Shown: positions 49,319 through 59,376 of the stretch, in pieces
Layout of the letters: each line of letters starts with the position of its first letter
How positions within the stretch are numbered: position 1 is the first letter of the stretch
NCBI GenBank assembly: GCA_900768345.1
Contig: CAAGCO010000009.1
Location: 11,080-75,079, forward strand
Origin: Bacilli bacterium
Lineage (GTDB): Bacteria > Bacillota_I > Bacilli_A > RF39 > UBA660
Direction of reading: 5' to 3'
DNA: 64,000 nt
Notes under the pieces: model-generated
What the model saw: only the letters and a program-made list of their open reading frames with translations
What the model was told of the DNA's origin: nothing
Databases searched by the model: none
Position numbers and translations under genes: made by a program

Positions 49319-51070
49319 ATGGCATATATTAGTCCTAAAATCATTGCTGAAATTAAATCTAGAAATAGACTAGAAGATGTTTTAAGAAGCTATGGCGTAG
49401 AACTTGATAGTAGAAATAAAGCATTATGCCCATTTCATAAAGAGAAAACACCTTCATTTAGTGTTAAACCAGAAGAACAAATATTTACCTGTTTTGGTAA
49501 ATGTAATTTCACTGGAGATGTATTCACATTTGTTGAAAGAAAAGAAGGAGTATCAAGATTAGAAGCAATAAAGATTTTGGCTGATAGAGTGGGAATTAAA
49601 TTAGACAATACTGAAGTCAAAAAAGTAAACACAAAATTTCAAACCTATTATGAAATCAATGATACAGTAAATAAATATTTTAAAAATACACTTCTATCTA
49701 AAGAAGGAACTGAAGCATTAAAATATTTAGCTGACAGAAATATGTCAAAAGAACTGATTAATGAGTTTAATATAGGTCTTGCAAGTTCAAATAAACTATA
49801 TAGTATCTTATCAAAAAAATATAAAACAGAAGATTTATATGATTTAGGACTTATTAAACAAATAAATGGTAACTTTTATGACACATTTCAAAGTAGAATA
49901 ATATTTCCAATAATAGATGAAAATAATAATATAGTAGCATTCTCTGGAAGAAAATATCTAAGTGATGATTTAAAAGACGATCACTTACCAAAATATCTTC
50001 ATTCAAAAGAAAGTGAAATATTTAAAAAAAGTGGTATTTTATATAATATCAATAATGCAGATTCATTTATTAGACAAAGTAAAGAAATAGTACTTACTGA
50101 AGGATTCATGGATACTATTAGAATGTCATCTATAGGATATAAAAATGTAGTAGCTCTAATGGGAACAGCATTCACAAAAGAACATCTAGATAAAATACTT
50201 AAATATAAATGTAAAGTAATCTTAAATCTAGACCAAGATGAAGCTGGAGTAACGAATACAATTAAGATAGGGGACGAACTTCTAAAAAATAATATAGATT
50301 CAACAGTAATAGTATTTGAAGACTACAAAGATAGTGATGAATTCATAAGTAAAAAAGGAAAAGAAGAATTTGATATTGCTTATAATAATAGACTTTCATT
50401 TATAGATTTTAAACTTAAATACTTAAAATCAAGTAAGAATATGAAAGACTCAGTAGAAATAAGTAAATATATAAATGAAGCAATAGATTCTCTAGAACAA
50501 ATAGATGATGATATATTAAGAGAGTTAAAAATAGCAGAGATTTCAAAAGAGTTTGATATAGATGACTCAGTAATAAGAAATAAAATAAAAGTAAAAGAAG
50601 TAAAAAAGAAAAAAGAAGAACCCCAAAAACAAGAAGAGAAAACAAAAGAATACAATAAGTATGATATAAGTGAATTAAGAATATTATATTTAATGTTAAA
50701 TTATGATGATGTTATATTGTATTTTGAAAATTCACTTGGATACTTAATAGATTCTAAAAGATCAAAACTGGCATATAAAATACTTGAATTTAAAAACGCT
50801 AATGGATACTTCAATTTATTTGATTTTCAAGATTCTGTACTAGAGTATAGAGAATTAAATGATACACTTAACGAAGTATTAAATTATCATAATAATAAAG
50901 AATACACAAACGAAGAATTAGAAGATTATATAAATACTATAAAAGAGTATTCAGTAAAAAAACAAATAGAAAAGTTAAAACAAGAAATGAAAGACACATT
51001 AGACATAAATAAAAAAATAGAAATTGCAAAAAAAATAGAGAATATAAATAAGGAAGTGTTAAAATGGTAA
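49319..51070 (+). CDS. dnaG: DNA primase
   Basis: Zinc finger [11 protein letters not shown], a TOPRIM domain (LTEGFMD) and a C-terminal helicase-interaction region. Confidence 0.93.
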   Translation: MAYISPKIIAEIKSRNRLEDVLRSYGVELDSRNKALCPFHKEKTPSFSVKPEEQIFTCFGKCNFTGDVFTFVERKEGVSRLEAIKILADRVGIKLDNTEVKKVNTKFQTYYEINDTVNKYFKNTLLSKEGTEALKYLADRNMSKELINEFNIGLASSNKLYSILSKKYKTEDLYDLGLIKQINGNFYDTFQSRIIFPIIDENNNIVAFSGRKYLSDDLKDDHLPKYLHSKESEIFKKSGILYNINNADSFIRQSKEIVLTEGFMDTIRMSSIGYKNVVALMGTAFTKEHLDKILKYKCKVILNLDQDEAGVTNTIKIGDELLKNNIDSTVIVFEDYKDSDEFISKKGKEEFDIAYNNRLSFIDFKLKYLKSSKNMKDSVEISKYINEAIDSLEQIDDDILRELKIAEISKEFDIDDSVIRNKIKVKEVKKKKEEPQKQEEKTKEYNKYDISELRILYLMLNYDDVILYFENSLGYLIDSKRSKLAYKILEFKNANGYFNLFDFQDSVLEYRELNDTLNEVLNYHNNKEYTNEELEDYINTIKEYSVKKQIEKLKQEMKDTLDINKKIEIAKKIENINKEVLKW

Positions 51071-52155
51071 ATAATATTAAAACATTTGAAGAAAGATTAA
51101 AAGAATTAGTAAGTGATGGTAAAAAACAAGGATACTTAACTTATGAACAAATAGCAAAAAAGACTATTGATTTAGATTTAGATGCTAATGCATTAGATCA
51201 ACTATATAATACATTAAGTGAAAATCAAATCGAAGTAAGAGCTGAAGATGAAGAAGATGGTTCTCCAATAGATTTAAAAGACGATATTATAATTGATGAT
51301 GTACCTGATGAAAGTAAAGACATGAGCGTTAATGACAACGTAAGAATGTACTTAAAAGAAATAGGTAAAATAAGCTTACTTAGTCAAGAAGAAGAACAAG
51401 AATTATCTAAAAGAGTAGCTGCAGGTGATGAAAAAGCTAAAAATATTTTAGCAGAATCTAACCTTCGTTTAGTTGTATCAATTGCTAAACGTTATGTAGG
51501 ACGTGGACTTTTATTCTTAGATTTAATCCAAGAAGGAAATATTGGTCTTATGAAAGCAGTTGAAAAGTTTGACTATGACAAAGGATATAAGTTTAGTACT
51601 TATGCTACATGGTGGATTCGTCAAGCTATAACTCGTGCACTTGCAGATCAAGCAAGAACAATTCGTGTACCAGTTCATATGGTAGAAACAATTAACAAAA
51701 TGGCACGTATTGAAAGACAAATGACTCTAGAATTAAATAGAGAACCAACTGATCAAGAATTATCTAAGAAAATGGGACTTTCAGTAGATAAAATCGCAGA
51801 AATCAGAAAAATAAGTCAAGACCCAGTATCACTAGAAACACCAATAGGTGAAGAAGACGATTCACATCTAGGAGATTTCCTTGCTGATGAGAGAACTATG
51901 TCACCAGAAGAATTCGCAACATACGAAATACTAAAAGATGAACTACGTGAAGTATTAGATACTTTAACTGTTCGTGAAAAAGAAGTATTAGAATTAAGAT
52001 TTGGATTATTTGATGGTTCAAGTCATACATTAGAAGAAGTAGGAAAACAATTCAAAGTAACTCGTGAAAGAATTAGACAAATAGAAGCTAAAGCTCTTAG
52101 AAAATTAAGACACCCATCAAGAGCTAAAAAATTAAAAGATTTCTTAATTGAATAG
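51064..52155 (+). CDS. sigA: Primary sigma factor (sigma-70/SigA)
   Basis: Regions 2-4 are nearly identical to B. subtilis SigA ([34 protein letters not shown]). The dnaG-sigA order is conserved. Confidence 0.97.
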   Translation: MVNNIKTFEERLKELVSDGKKQGYLTYEQIAKKTIDLDLDANALDQLYNTLSENQIEVRAEDEEDGSPIDLKDDIIIDDVPDESKDMSVNDNVRMYLKEIGKISLLSQEEEQELSKRVAAGDEKAKNILAESNLRLVVSIAKRYVGRGLLFLDLIQEGNIGLMKAVEKFDYDKGYKFSTYATWWIRQAITRALADQARTIRVPVHMVETINKMARIERQMTLELNREPTDQELSKKMGLSVDKIAEIRKISQDPVSLETPIGEEDDSHLGDFLADERTMSPEEFATYEILKDELREVLDTLTVREKEVLELRFGLFDGSSHTLEEVGKQFKVTRERIRQIEAKALRKLRHPSRAKKLKDFLIE

Positions 52156-52771
52156 AATAGAAGCAATATATTCATTCATAGACTTAAAAGATAGAGTAGT
52201 AGATGTGGGGTGTGATCAAGCAAAACTAGGAATACTACTAGCAAAAAGAAATCAAAAATCTATCGCAAGTGATATTAGCCCTAAAGTAATAGAAAGAGCA
52301 TCACTCGATATAAGAAAGCTTGGACTAGATAACCTAATAGACTTAAGAGTATCAAATGGTCTTCAAAATATTAAAGAAGCAGAAGCAGATACACTAGTCT
52401 TGTCTGGTATGGGGACACATACAATATTAGAAATACTAAATAACACAAAATTAAAATTTAACAAAATAATAACCATTTCTAATAATTATCATGACATTTT
52501 AAGAGATAAAATGAATGAATTAAATTATAAAGTAGATAAAGAATTAATAATAAAAGAAAATAATAAATATTATAACTTAATACTATTTACCAAAGGAACA
52601 AAAAAATATTCACAAAAAGAAATATTACTTGGTCTAAATCAAGTTGATAGCAAACAATATAATGAATATTTAAATCATTTATTAAAAAAATATAAAACAA
52701 TAAAAGAAAGTTCTAAAGATAAAAATATAAAAATTGATGAAATGATAACACTTATAGAAAGTACTATTTAA
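52148..52771 (+). CDS. trmK: tRNA (adenine22-N1)-methyltransferase TrmK-like
   Basis: TTG start overlapping the sigA stop. SAM-binding [12 protein letters not shown]. About 207 aa, positioned near sigA as in Bacillus. Confidence 0.75.
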   Translation: MNRIEAIYSFIDLKDRVVDVGCDQAKLGILLAKRNQKSIASDISPKVIERASLDIRKLGLDNLIDLRVSNGLQNIKEAEADTLVLSGMGTHTILEILNNTKLKFNKIITISNNYHDILRDKMNELNYKVDKELIIKENNKYYNLILFTKGTKKYSQKEILLGLNQVDSKQYNEYLNHLLKKYKTIKESSKDKNIKIDEMITLIESTI

Positions 52772-52788
52772 TTAGTACTTTTTATTTT
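52759..52788 (+). terminator. Rho-independent terminator
   Basis: aagtacta-tttaat-tagtactt followed by a T-run. Confidence 0.65.
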
Positions 52789-52828
52789 AAAATATATATG
52801 CTAAAATTTTAAATGGAAGGTGATTAAA

Positions 52829-53500
52829 GTGAGAAAGTATTTAAAATATGTATTATGTTTATGCTTATTATTTATGCTTTGTGGATGTAGTGAGGAGGAA
52901 GTAAAAATGAATTATACTACCGAAGAAGTAAATGGAAAAACAATATATAATATTGAAAATAAAAAGTATGTAGAAAGCGAAGAAGCAACAAATTTTGTAA
53001 AAATTGATGTAAATAATTATGGTATTATGATTGCTGAACTTTATCCTGATGCTGCTCCAATAACAGTAGAAAACTTTAAAGAATTAGTTAAAGAAAAATT
53101 CTATGATGGAATTATATTCCATAGAGTTATAAGTGATTTCATGATTCAAACTGGAGATCCAACCGGTACAGGAATGGGTGGAAGTGAAAAAGAAATCAAA
53201 GGTGAATTTAAAATTAATGGAGTTGAAAATAACTTATCACATGTAAGAGGGGTTCTTTCAATGGCAAGACGTGGAGGCAATCCTGAAACAGAAGAAACAA
53301 TGAATTCAGCATCTAGTCAATTCTTTATTGTTCACAAAGATTCAGATTTCTTAGATGGAAATTATGCAGCATTCGGAAAATTATTAAATGGTTACGATAT
53401 TCTTGATAAAATAGCTACAACAACTACCAATCAAAATGATAAACCACTTGATGATATTAAAATGAATGGAATAAGATTTGTTACTTTATACGAGGAATAA
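52829..53500 (+). CDS. Cyclophilin-type peptidyl-prolyl isomerase, lipoprotein
   Basis: Lipobox LCGCS and FHRVISDFMIQTGDPTGTGMGG. The start may be GTG at 52820 or 52829; 52829 has better spacing from GGAAGGTGA. Confidence 0.88.
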   Translation: MRKYLKYVLCLCLLFMLCGCSEEEVKMNYTTEEVNGKTIYNIENKKYVESEEATNFVKIDVNNYGIMIAELYPDAAPITVENFKELVKEKFYDGIIFHRVISDFMIQTGDPTGTGMGGSEKEIKGEFKINGVENNLSHVRGVLSMARRGGNPETEETMNSASSQFFIVHKDSDFLDGNYAAFGKLLNGYDILDKIATTTTNQNDKPLDDIKMNGIRFVTLYEE

Positions 53501-53501
53501 A

Positions 53502-54359
53502 ATGAAAATATTAGATGGAAAAAGTTTAAGTGCGAAAGTAAAAGATGAATTAAAAGGAAATGTAAATTCATACTTTCAAACACCAATACTAGCTGTTGTT
53601 ACTATTGGGGATGATGCAGCTAGTGAAGTATATGTTAAAAACAAAAAGAAAGCTTGCGAATATGTAGGAATGAGTTTTTTACATTTAGATTATGCAAGCT
53701 GTGTAAAAGAAGAAGTTGTTATTAAGAAAATAAAACAACTAAATAAAGATAAAAGCATTAATGGTATTATAGTACAATTACCAATACCAGATAACTTCAA
53801 TGTATCAAAAATTATTAATACTATAGATCCATCAAAAGATGTAGATGGACTTACAAATACGCAAGCAGGAAAACTAATTCAAAATGAAAAATGTTTAATA
53901 CCATGTACACCTAAAGGAATAATGGAAATATTTAAAGAATATAAAATTGATTTAGAAGGAAAACACGTAGTAATAGTAGGAAGAAGCAATTTAGTAGGTA
54001 AACCATTGATGTTAGAATGTCTAAATAAAAATGCAACAGTAACTATGTGTCATAGTAAAACAAAAGATTTAAAGAAATATACTAAAGATGCAGATATTCT
54101 AGTAGTAGCTGTAGGCAAGAAATATCTTATAGATAAAACTATGGTAAAAAATGATTCTGTTATTATTGATGTAGGAATAAATAGAATAGATGGAAAACTA
54201 TATGGAGATGTTAATCCAAATGTTGAAGAAGTATGTGGATATGTAACACCAGTTCCAGGAGGAGTTGGACCAATGACTGTATCAATGCTTTTAAAAAATA
54301 CATTTGAAGCTTATAAAAATCAAAATGGAATAGTTGATATGTTTGATTTAAACCAATAA
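53502..54359 (+). CDS. folD: Bifunctional methylene-THF dehydrogenase/cyclohydrolase
   Basis: The ATG follows GAGGAA. MKILDGKSLS, VGRSNLVGKP and PGGVGPMT motifs. Confidence 0.93.
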   Translation: MKILDGKSLSAKVKDELKGNVNSYFQTPILAVVTIGDDAASEVYVKNKKKACEYVGMSFLHLDYASCVKEEVVIKKIKQLNKDKSINGIIVQLPIPDNFNVSKIINTIDPSKDVDGLTNTQAGKLIQNEKCLIPCTPKGIMEIFKEYKIDLEGKHVVIVGRSNLVGKPLMLECLNKNATVTMCHSKTKDLKKYTKDADILVVAVGKKYLIDKTMVKNDSVIIDVGINRIDGKLYGDVNPNVEEVCGYVTPVPGGVGPMTVSMLLKNTFEAYKNQNGIVDMFDLNQ

Positions 54360-54388
54360 AAAAGACTTGATTTAATCAAGTCTTTTAG
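54357..54388. terminator. Bidirectional terminator between folD and rpsD
   Basis: A-run, then aaagacttga-tttaa-tcaagtcttt, then a T-run. Confidence 0.7.
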
Positions 54389-54392
54389 TTTA

Positions 54393-54992
54393 CTATCTAT
54401 TATAGAATTCAACGATTAATGCATCATTAACTTCAGAATTTAATTCTTCACGTTCTGGATATCTTACATAAGTACCACATTTCTTAGTTTTATCAACTGA
54501 TACATAAGCAGGAATATTAATATCCATATTAACACATTCATTAATTACTGGATGATCAAGTGAATTTTCTTTAACAGAAATAACACTACCAACTTTAACT
54601 CTGAATGATGGAATATCAACTTTCTTACCATCAACTAAGATATGTCCGTGATTAACAATTTGTCTTGCAGCTCTTCTAGTTTTAGCAAATCCCATTCTAT
54701 ATACTAAGTTATCTAATCTACTTTCTAAAAGTATTAATAAGTTAGTACCATGAATTCCTTGCATCTTACCAGCAGCATCAAATGTTTTTCTGAATTGTTT
54801 TTCAGATAGTCCATACATAAATCTAACTTTTTGTTTTTCTTGTAATTGAACACCATATTCACTAAGTTTTCTTCTACTAGTTCCGTGAATTCCAGGAGCA
54901 GTAGGTTTCTTTCTTAATTCTTTACCAGTTTCAAGTGTTGAAAAACCATATCTTCTAGATTTTTTGAATGCAGGTCCGATATATCTTGACAT
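54393..54992 (-). CDS. rpsD: 30S ribosomal protein S4
   Basis: [18 protein letters not shown], 199 aa. GGAGG RBS on the minus strand. Confidence 0.95.
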   Translation of the reverse strand: MSRYIGPAFKKSRRYGFSTLETGKELRKKPTAPGIHGTSRRKLSEYGVQLQEKQKVRFMYGLSEKQFRKTFDAAGKMQGIHGTNLLILLESRLDNLVYRMGFAKTRRAARQIVNHGHILVDGKKVDIPSFRVKVGSVISVKENSLDHPVINECVNMDINIPAYVSVDKTKKCGTYVRYPEREELNSEVNDALIVEFYNR

Positions 54993-55236
54993 AGTATTTG
55001 TTCCTCCTTCTACAAATATTTGTATTAAAGGCCACCATATAAATTATAGGGAGTTTCTTAATTACTTTCGCCTTGGCAGAAGTTACTTATATTTTTTCAA
55101 AGAAACACATTACAATTTATTTAGGCACTGCCAAATAAATACTTAGTAAATTATATAATATTTTTTACTAAAAATCAACAAATTATTAGTACATTTCCCG
55201 TAAATATGCTATAATTTTAGTACGGAGAGTGATAAA

Positions 55237-55767
55237 ATGGCAAAAAATAATATGGGTATCAAGTATAAAAGACCAAAAAGAGAAAGAAATAAAGTAAATT
55301 ATAATATGAATGAAACTGATGGATTTAAGAAATTCTTTATAGTTTTAGCTTCAGTATTAGTATTTATCGGACTTGTTTATTTAGGAGTATTAGGATTAGA
55401 AAAATTAGGTGCATTTGAAGCAGGGTATACTAAACCTTCAAAAGAAGCAACAAAAATAAGTACAGAATATATAATGGTAGGTACAGTATTCAATAGACCT
55501 GAAAAAGATTATATAGTAATTTTTGATGATTATTCAAAAAATAGAAATCCTTATGTAAATACTTTAGCTGAAAATTATAAATTAAGAGCATATAAAGTTG
55601 ATATGAGTAAAGCAGAAAACTCAAAATATAAATCAGATAAAGCAAACACTAATGTAAAAAAAGATAGTGATTTAAAAATAAATGATGTAACAATGATTAG
55701 AATAACTAATGGAAGGGTTTCAAAATACATCGTTGGTGCTGACAAAATAGAAGAATATTTAAAATAA
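55237..55767 (+). CDS. Hypothetical single-pass membrane protein
   Basis: Basic N-terminus, one TM helix and an extracytoplasmic domain of about 110 aa. No recognised motif. Confidence 0.5.
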   Translation: MAKNNMGIKYKRPKRERNKVNYNMNETDGFKKFFIVLASVLVFIGLVYLGVLGLEKLGAFEAGYTKPSKEATKISTEYIMVGTVFNRPEKDYIVIFDDYSKNRNPYVNTLAENYKLRAYKVDMSKAENSKYKSDKANTNVKKDSDLKINDVTMIRITNGRVSKYIVGADKIEEYLK

Positions 55768-56645
55768 TGATAGAAGAACTAAGCAAAATTTGTAAAATAA
55801 TAGAAAGTGAAAATTTAAAAAAATATAATACTTATAAGTTAGATTGTTCATGCAAAGTAATTATATTTCCAAGTACTATAGAAGAATTAAAAGACTCATT
55901 AAATATAATAAAAAAGAACAAATCTAAGTGGTTTATTCTTGGAAATGGATCAAACATTATATTACCAAAGTATTATGATGGAGTAATAATTAAATTAGAT
56001 AATCTTAATAAATGTACTATTAACGATAATAATATTTATGTTGAAAGTGGATATATGCTAAATAAGTTAGCAAATGAATTATCAAATAAAGGTTATACCG
56101 GAATAGAATGGGCAACAGGTATACCTGGAACTATAGGCGGTGCCATCTATGGAAATGCAGGAGCATACAAGTCATCAATGAGTGAAATTCTAGTAGACGT
56201 AACATTACTTGATAATGAAAACATAATAACATTAAAGAATGAAGAATTAGAATTTAGCTATAGAGACTCACTATTAAAACATAGAAAAAATTTAATAGTT
56301 CTATCTTGTAATATTAAACTTGAAAAAGGAAATACAGAAGAAATAAAAAGAACTATAGAAGAAAGAACATTAAAAAGAATAGAAACTCAACCACTAGAAT
56401 ATCCAAACTGTGGAAGTGTATTTAGAAATCCTGAAGGAATGGCTGCTGGAAAATTAATTGATGATTCAGGACTAAAAGGTTACACAGAAGGTGGTGCAAA
56501 GATAAGCGAAAAACATGCCAACTTCATAATAAACTATGATAATGCTACTAGTGAAGATATAATTAAATTAATAGAATTAATTAAAGACAAAATAAAAAAG
56601 AACTACAATATAGACTTAGTTCTAGAACAAGAAATAATAAAATGA
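55767..56645 (+). CDS. murB: UDP-N-acetylenolpyruvoylglucosamine reductase
   Basis: FAD-binding GNGSNI and C-terminal CGSVFRNPEG. Confidence 0.92.
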   Translation: MIEELSKICKIIESENLKKYNTYKLDCSCKVIIFPSTIEELKDSLNIIKKNKSKWFILGNGSNIILPKYYDGVIIKLDNLNKCTINDNNIYVESGYMLNKLANELSNKGYTGIEWATGIPGTIGGAIYGNAGAYKSSMSEILVDVTLLDNENIITLKNEELEFSYRDSLLKHRKNLIVLSCNIKLEKGNTEEIKRTIEERTLKRIETQPLEYPNCGSVFRNPEGMAAGKLIDDSGLKGYTEGGAKISEKHANFIINYDNATSEDIIKLIELIKDKIKKNYNIDLVLEQEIIK

Positions 56646-56647
56646 TA

Positions 56648-56680
56648 CAAAAAAATGATTGAATTGTTCAATCATTTTTT
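56648..56680. terminator. Bidirectional terminator between murB and rpmB
   Basis: aaaaatgattgaa-ttg-ttcaatcattttt. Confidence 0.7.
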
Positions 56681-56682
56681 AA

Positions 56683-56844
56683 TTACTTATTTAAAGATTT
56701 AATTTCTTTAGTTGACATTCTAACTTTTTTTCCATCAACTACAACTGTTTGTAAATTAACTTTTTGAGTTTTTTTAGTTGCCTTTAATGAAAAAGGTCTA
56801 TTTTGAGCACTCATATTTTTTCTATTTGATACATTTTTTGCCAT
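56683..56844 (-). CDS. rpmB: 50S ribosomal protein L28 (divergent, 53 aa; below the ORF-track cut-off)
   Basis: MAKNVSNRKNMSAQNRPFSLKATKKTQKVNLQTVVVDGKKVRMSTKEIKSLNK. It has the L28 core pattern NRxxSxxxTKKxxxxNLQ...V.VS and a strong GAGGAGG RBS. Confidence 0.6.
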   Translation of the reverse strand: MAKNVSNRKNMSAQNRPFSLKATKKTQKVNLQTVVVDGKKVRMSTKEIKSLNK

Positions 56845-56913
56845 TTTAAACTTGCCTCCTCTTTTTAAGTCACATATAATTTAACATACTTTTCCATTTT
56901 AGTAAAGTAAAAA

Positions 56914-56942
56914 TTGACTTTTTATATTCTTTTTAGTAGAAT
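56914..56942 (+). promoter_or_regulatory. Sigma-A-type promoter
   Basis: TTGACT, a 17-nt spacer, then TAGAAT. Confidence 0.5.
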
Positions 56943-56966
56943 AATCAGTAAAGTTGGGGGTAGGGT

Positions 56967-57821
56967 ATGGAAAAGAAAGAGACAAAAAGATATACAATAG
57001 TAGAATATTTAGGAGTAACAAGAAGAGAGTATAGTACACTTGATGAATTTAAAGAAACACTTAATATAATTGAAAAAAATAATAGAAAGAAAACAACTAA
57101 ATACTATTTTGGAAATGTAACTTGTGAAAAAGATGGTAATGGTAAATATATAGTTATAGTTCATGTTTATAATAGATTAACACCTAAAATGACAATATCT
57201 GAACTAGACAATTTTACTGAAAGTTTTGATGAAGATGATTTAATAGAATATTTTAGAAATCAAGCAAAAACAAAAGAGGGTTTTAAACCAGATATAAATA
57301 TATGTTATTTTGAAAATAAAAATAGTGTAGATGAAAAACCAGGAGATATACACTATGAAAGAAGAATAAAATATGTACCTATATTATATAGAGAAGACAA
57401 AAAATACTTAGACAAAGCTTTTATAAAGAATTGTTTGGTGTCACATGCAAAAACATCTGATTATGATTTCTTCAAAGCCTTAGCAAATGAATTTTGCATG
57501 TATAGAGTAGTAACTGAAAATATAGAAGATTTATTTGGAATAGTAGATAAATGTAGATATCAAGGATACGATCCTATGTATATGGCAGAATATGCATACA
57601 GACTATTTAATAATTTAATAGTAGAAAGAGATGCTGATGGAAGAATTATTAGATTATCAAATGGAGAATATCAAATAAGTAGAAGAAGATTAAGAGACTT
57701 TGGTTTCTTCATAAGAGACTATAATATGCCTGACTCAAAAAGAGTATTACCAACAAGATATAACAAACCACAAACTCCATCAAACGAAATGAAATTAAAA
57801 AAATCAAATAAGGAGCAATAA
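56967..57821 (+). CDS. Hypothetical soluble protein, no recognisable domain
   Basis: 284 aa, GGGGGTAGGG-type RBS, basic C-terminal tail. Lies directly upstream of spoIIGA. Confidence 0.5.
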   Translation: MEKKETKRYTIVEYLGVTRREYSTLDEFKETLNIIEKNNRKKTTKYYFGNVTCEKDGNGKYIVIVHVYNRLTPKMTISELDNFTESFDEDDLIEYFRNQAKTKEGFKPDINICYFENKNSVDEKPGDIHYERRIKYVPILYREDKKYLDKAFIKNCLVSHAKTSDYDFFKALANEFCMYRVVTENIEDLFGIVDKCRYQGYDPMYMAEYAYRLFNNLIVERDADGRIIRLSNGEYQISRRRLRDFGFFIRDYNMPDSKRVLPTRYNKPQTPSNEMKLKKSNKEQ

Positions 57822-57871
57822 TTCGACAAAAAAATTGCTTCTTTTTTTATATACTTATCTTGGTGAAGAAA

Positions 57872-58594
57872 ATGATATATATAGATGAACTAATAATGTT
57901 AAACTTTATAATAGACTTTTTAATACTCAAAACAACAAGTTCAATATTAAAGTTAAACACAAAAACCTCAAGATTAATTATTTCTTCAATAGTAGGAGAA
58001 ATATCACTTTTATATTTATTTGTAAGTTTTAATAATATAGAATTAACTCTATTTAAATTATTAATTGGAATTATTATGAATCTTATATCTTTTGGATATA
58101 TAAATCTAAAAGACTTTATAAAGAATTTATTATATTTTTATATGTTCTCATTTTTCTTAGGAGGAACACTTTACTATTTAAAAATAGAATCATTAGTAAA
58201 ATATAAATATTATATATTATTAATACCTATAATTATGAATATATTAAAAAAATTAACATATAATCTAAAGAATATAATAAAGTTAAGACATAAGGTAACA
58301 ATATATCTTAAAAATGGAAATGTTTTATATCTAAATGGTTACATGGATACAGGCAATACATTAGTAGACCCCTATACTAATAAAAATGTAATAATCATAA
58401 ATAAAGATATAAAAGAAAAATTCTTTTTAGTACCATTTAAAACAATAGAAAACTCATCTTTATTAAAATGTTTTAAACCTAAAAAGGTATATATAGATGG
58501 TATAGGAGAGAGAAATGACATTGTAGTAGGAGTAACAAATAAAAAGTTTAATGGATTTAATTGCTTATTAAACTATAATCTTATGGAGGAATAA
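57872..58594 (+). CDS. spoIIGA: Sigma-E processing peptidase SpoIIGA
   Basis: MIYIDELIMLNFIIDFLIL, 5 TM helices, and the aspartic protease motif GYMDTGNTLVDP. Confidence 0.85.
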   Translation: MIYIDELIMLNFIIDFLILKTTSSILKLNTKTSRLIISSIVGEISLLYLFVSFNNIELTLFKLLIGIIMNLISFGYINLKDFIKNLLYFYMFSFFLGGTLYYLKIESLVKYKYYILLIPIIMNILKKLTYNLKNIIKLRHKVTIYLKNGNVLYLNGYMDTGNTLVDPYTNKNVIIINKDIKEKFFLVPFKTIENSSLLKCFKPKKVYIDGIGERNDIVVGVTNKKFNGFNCLLNYNLMEE

Positions 58595-59274
58595 TGTTAG
58601 AAAAAATATTAAAAAAATTTTTTAAGAAAGAAGAAGTATTTTTTGTAGGTAGTACAGATATATTGCCACCACCATTAAAGAAAGAAATAGAAGAAGATTT
58701 AGTAAGGCGAAGTAATACCGGAGACATTGAAGCAAGAAACAAACTAATCGAACACAATCTTAGACTAGTAGTTTTTCTAGCAAAAAAGTATGATAACACA
58801 ATATATGATTTAGAAGACTTAGTATCAATTGGCACGATTGGATTAATAAAAGGAATAAAAACATATAAATTAGATAAAAATATTAAATTAGCAACATACG
58901 CTTCAAGATGTATTGATAATGAAATACTAATGTTTTTAAGAAAGAATAAAAAGAGAATAAGTGAAGTAAGCTTTGAAGACTCAGTAAACTTAGATAGTGA
59001 AGGCAATGAACTTCATATAGAAGATATATTTGGTACAGAAGAGGATCTAGTAGAAAAGTCAATAGAGTGTAAAGATGATAAAGCCTTGTTACAAGAAGAA
59101 GTTAAAAAGCTTGATGACAGAGACAAAGAAATAATAGAATTAAGGTATGGATTATCAGGAAAAAAGGAATTAACACAAAAAGAATTAGCAGAAAAATTAA
59201 AAATATCTCAATCGTATATATCTAGAATAGAAAAGAAAGTAATAAAAAAATTAAAAAGTATAATGAAAATATAA
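58594..59274 (+). CDS. sigE: Sporulation sigma factor SigE (pro-sigma-E)
   Basis: Pro-sequence followed by FVGSTDILPPPL; regions 2 and 4 are conserved. Overlaps the spoIIGA stop. Confidence 0.92.
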   Translation: MLEKILKKFFKKEEVFFVGSTDILPPPLKKEIEEDLVRRSNTGDIEARNKLIEHNLRLVVFLAKKYDNTIYDLEDLVSIGTIGLIKGIKTYKLDKNIKLATYASRCIDNEILMFLRKNKKRISEVSFEDSVNLDSEGNELHIEDIFGTEEDLVEKSIECKDDKALLQEEVKKLDDRDKEIIELRYGLSGKKELTQKELAEKLKISQSYISRIEKKVIKKLKSIMKI

Positions 59275-59376
59275 AGAAATTCCTTTATATTTTTTTATTT
59301 ATCTCTTGTTTTTAAATAGTTAGTTGTGCTAAAATAACTATAGTATATGACATAAAAGGAATTGGAGGAATAAGAA

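Noticed and set aside
54964-55146. The 60-aa + strand ORF in the rpsD upstream region.
   Set aside because: It overlaps the rpsD start and 5' leader on the opposite strand and has no RBS. The region (54993-55140, minus strand) more likely holds the rpsD promoter and a structured leader, e.g. the hairpin at 55119-55143. I could not confirm an S4 autoregulatory fold by eye.
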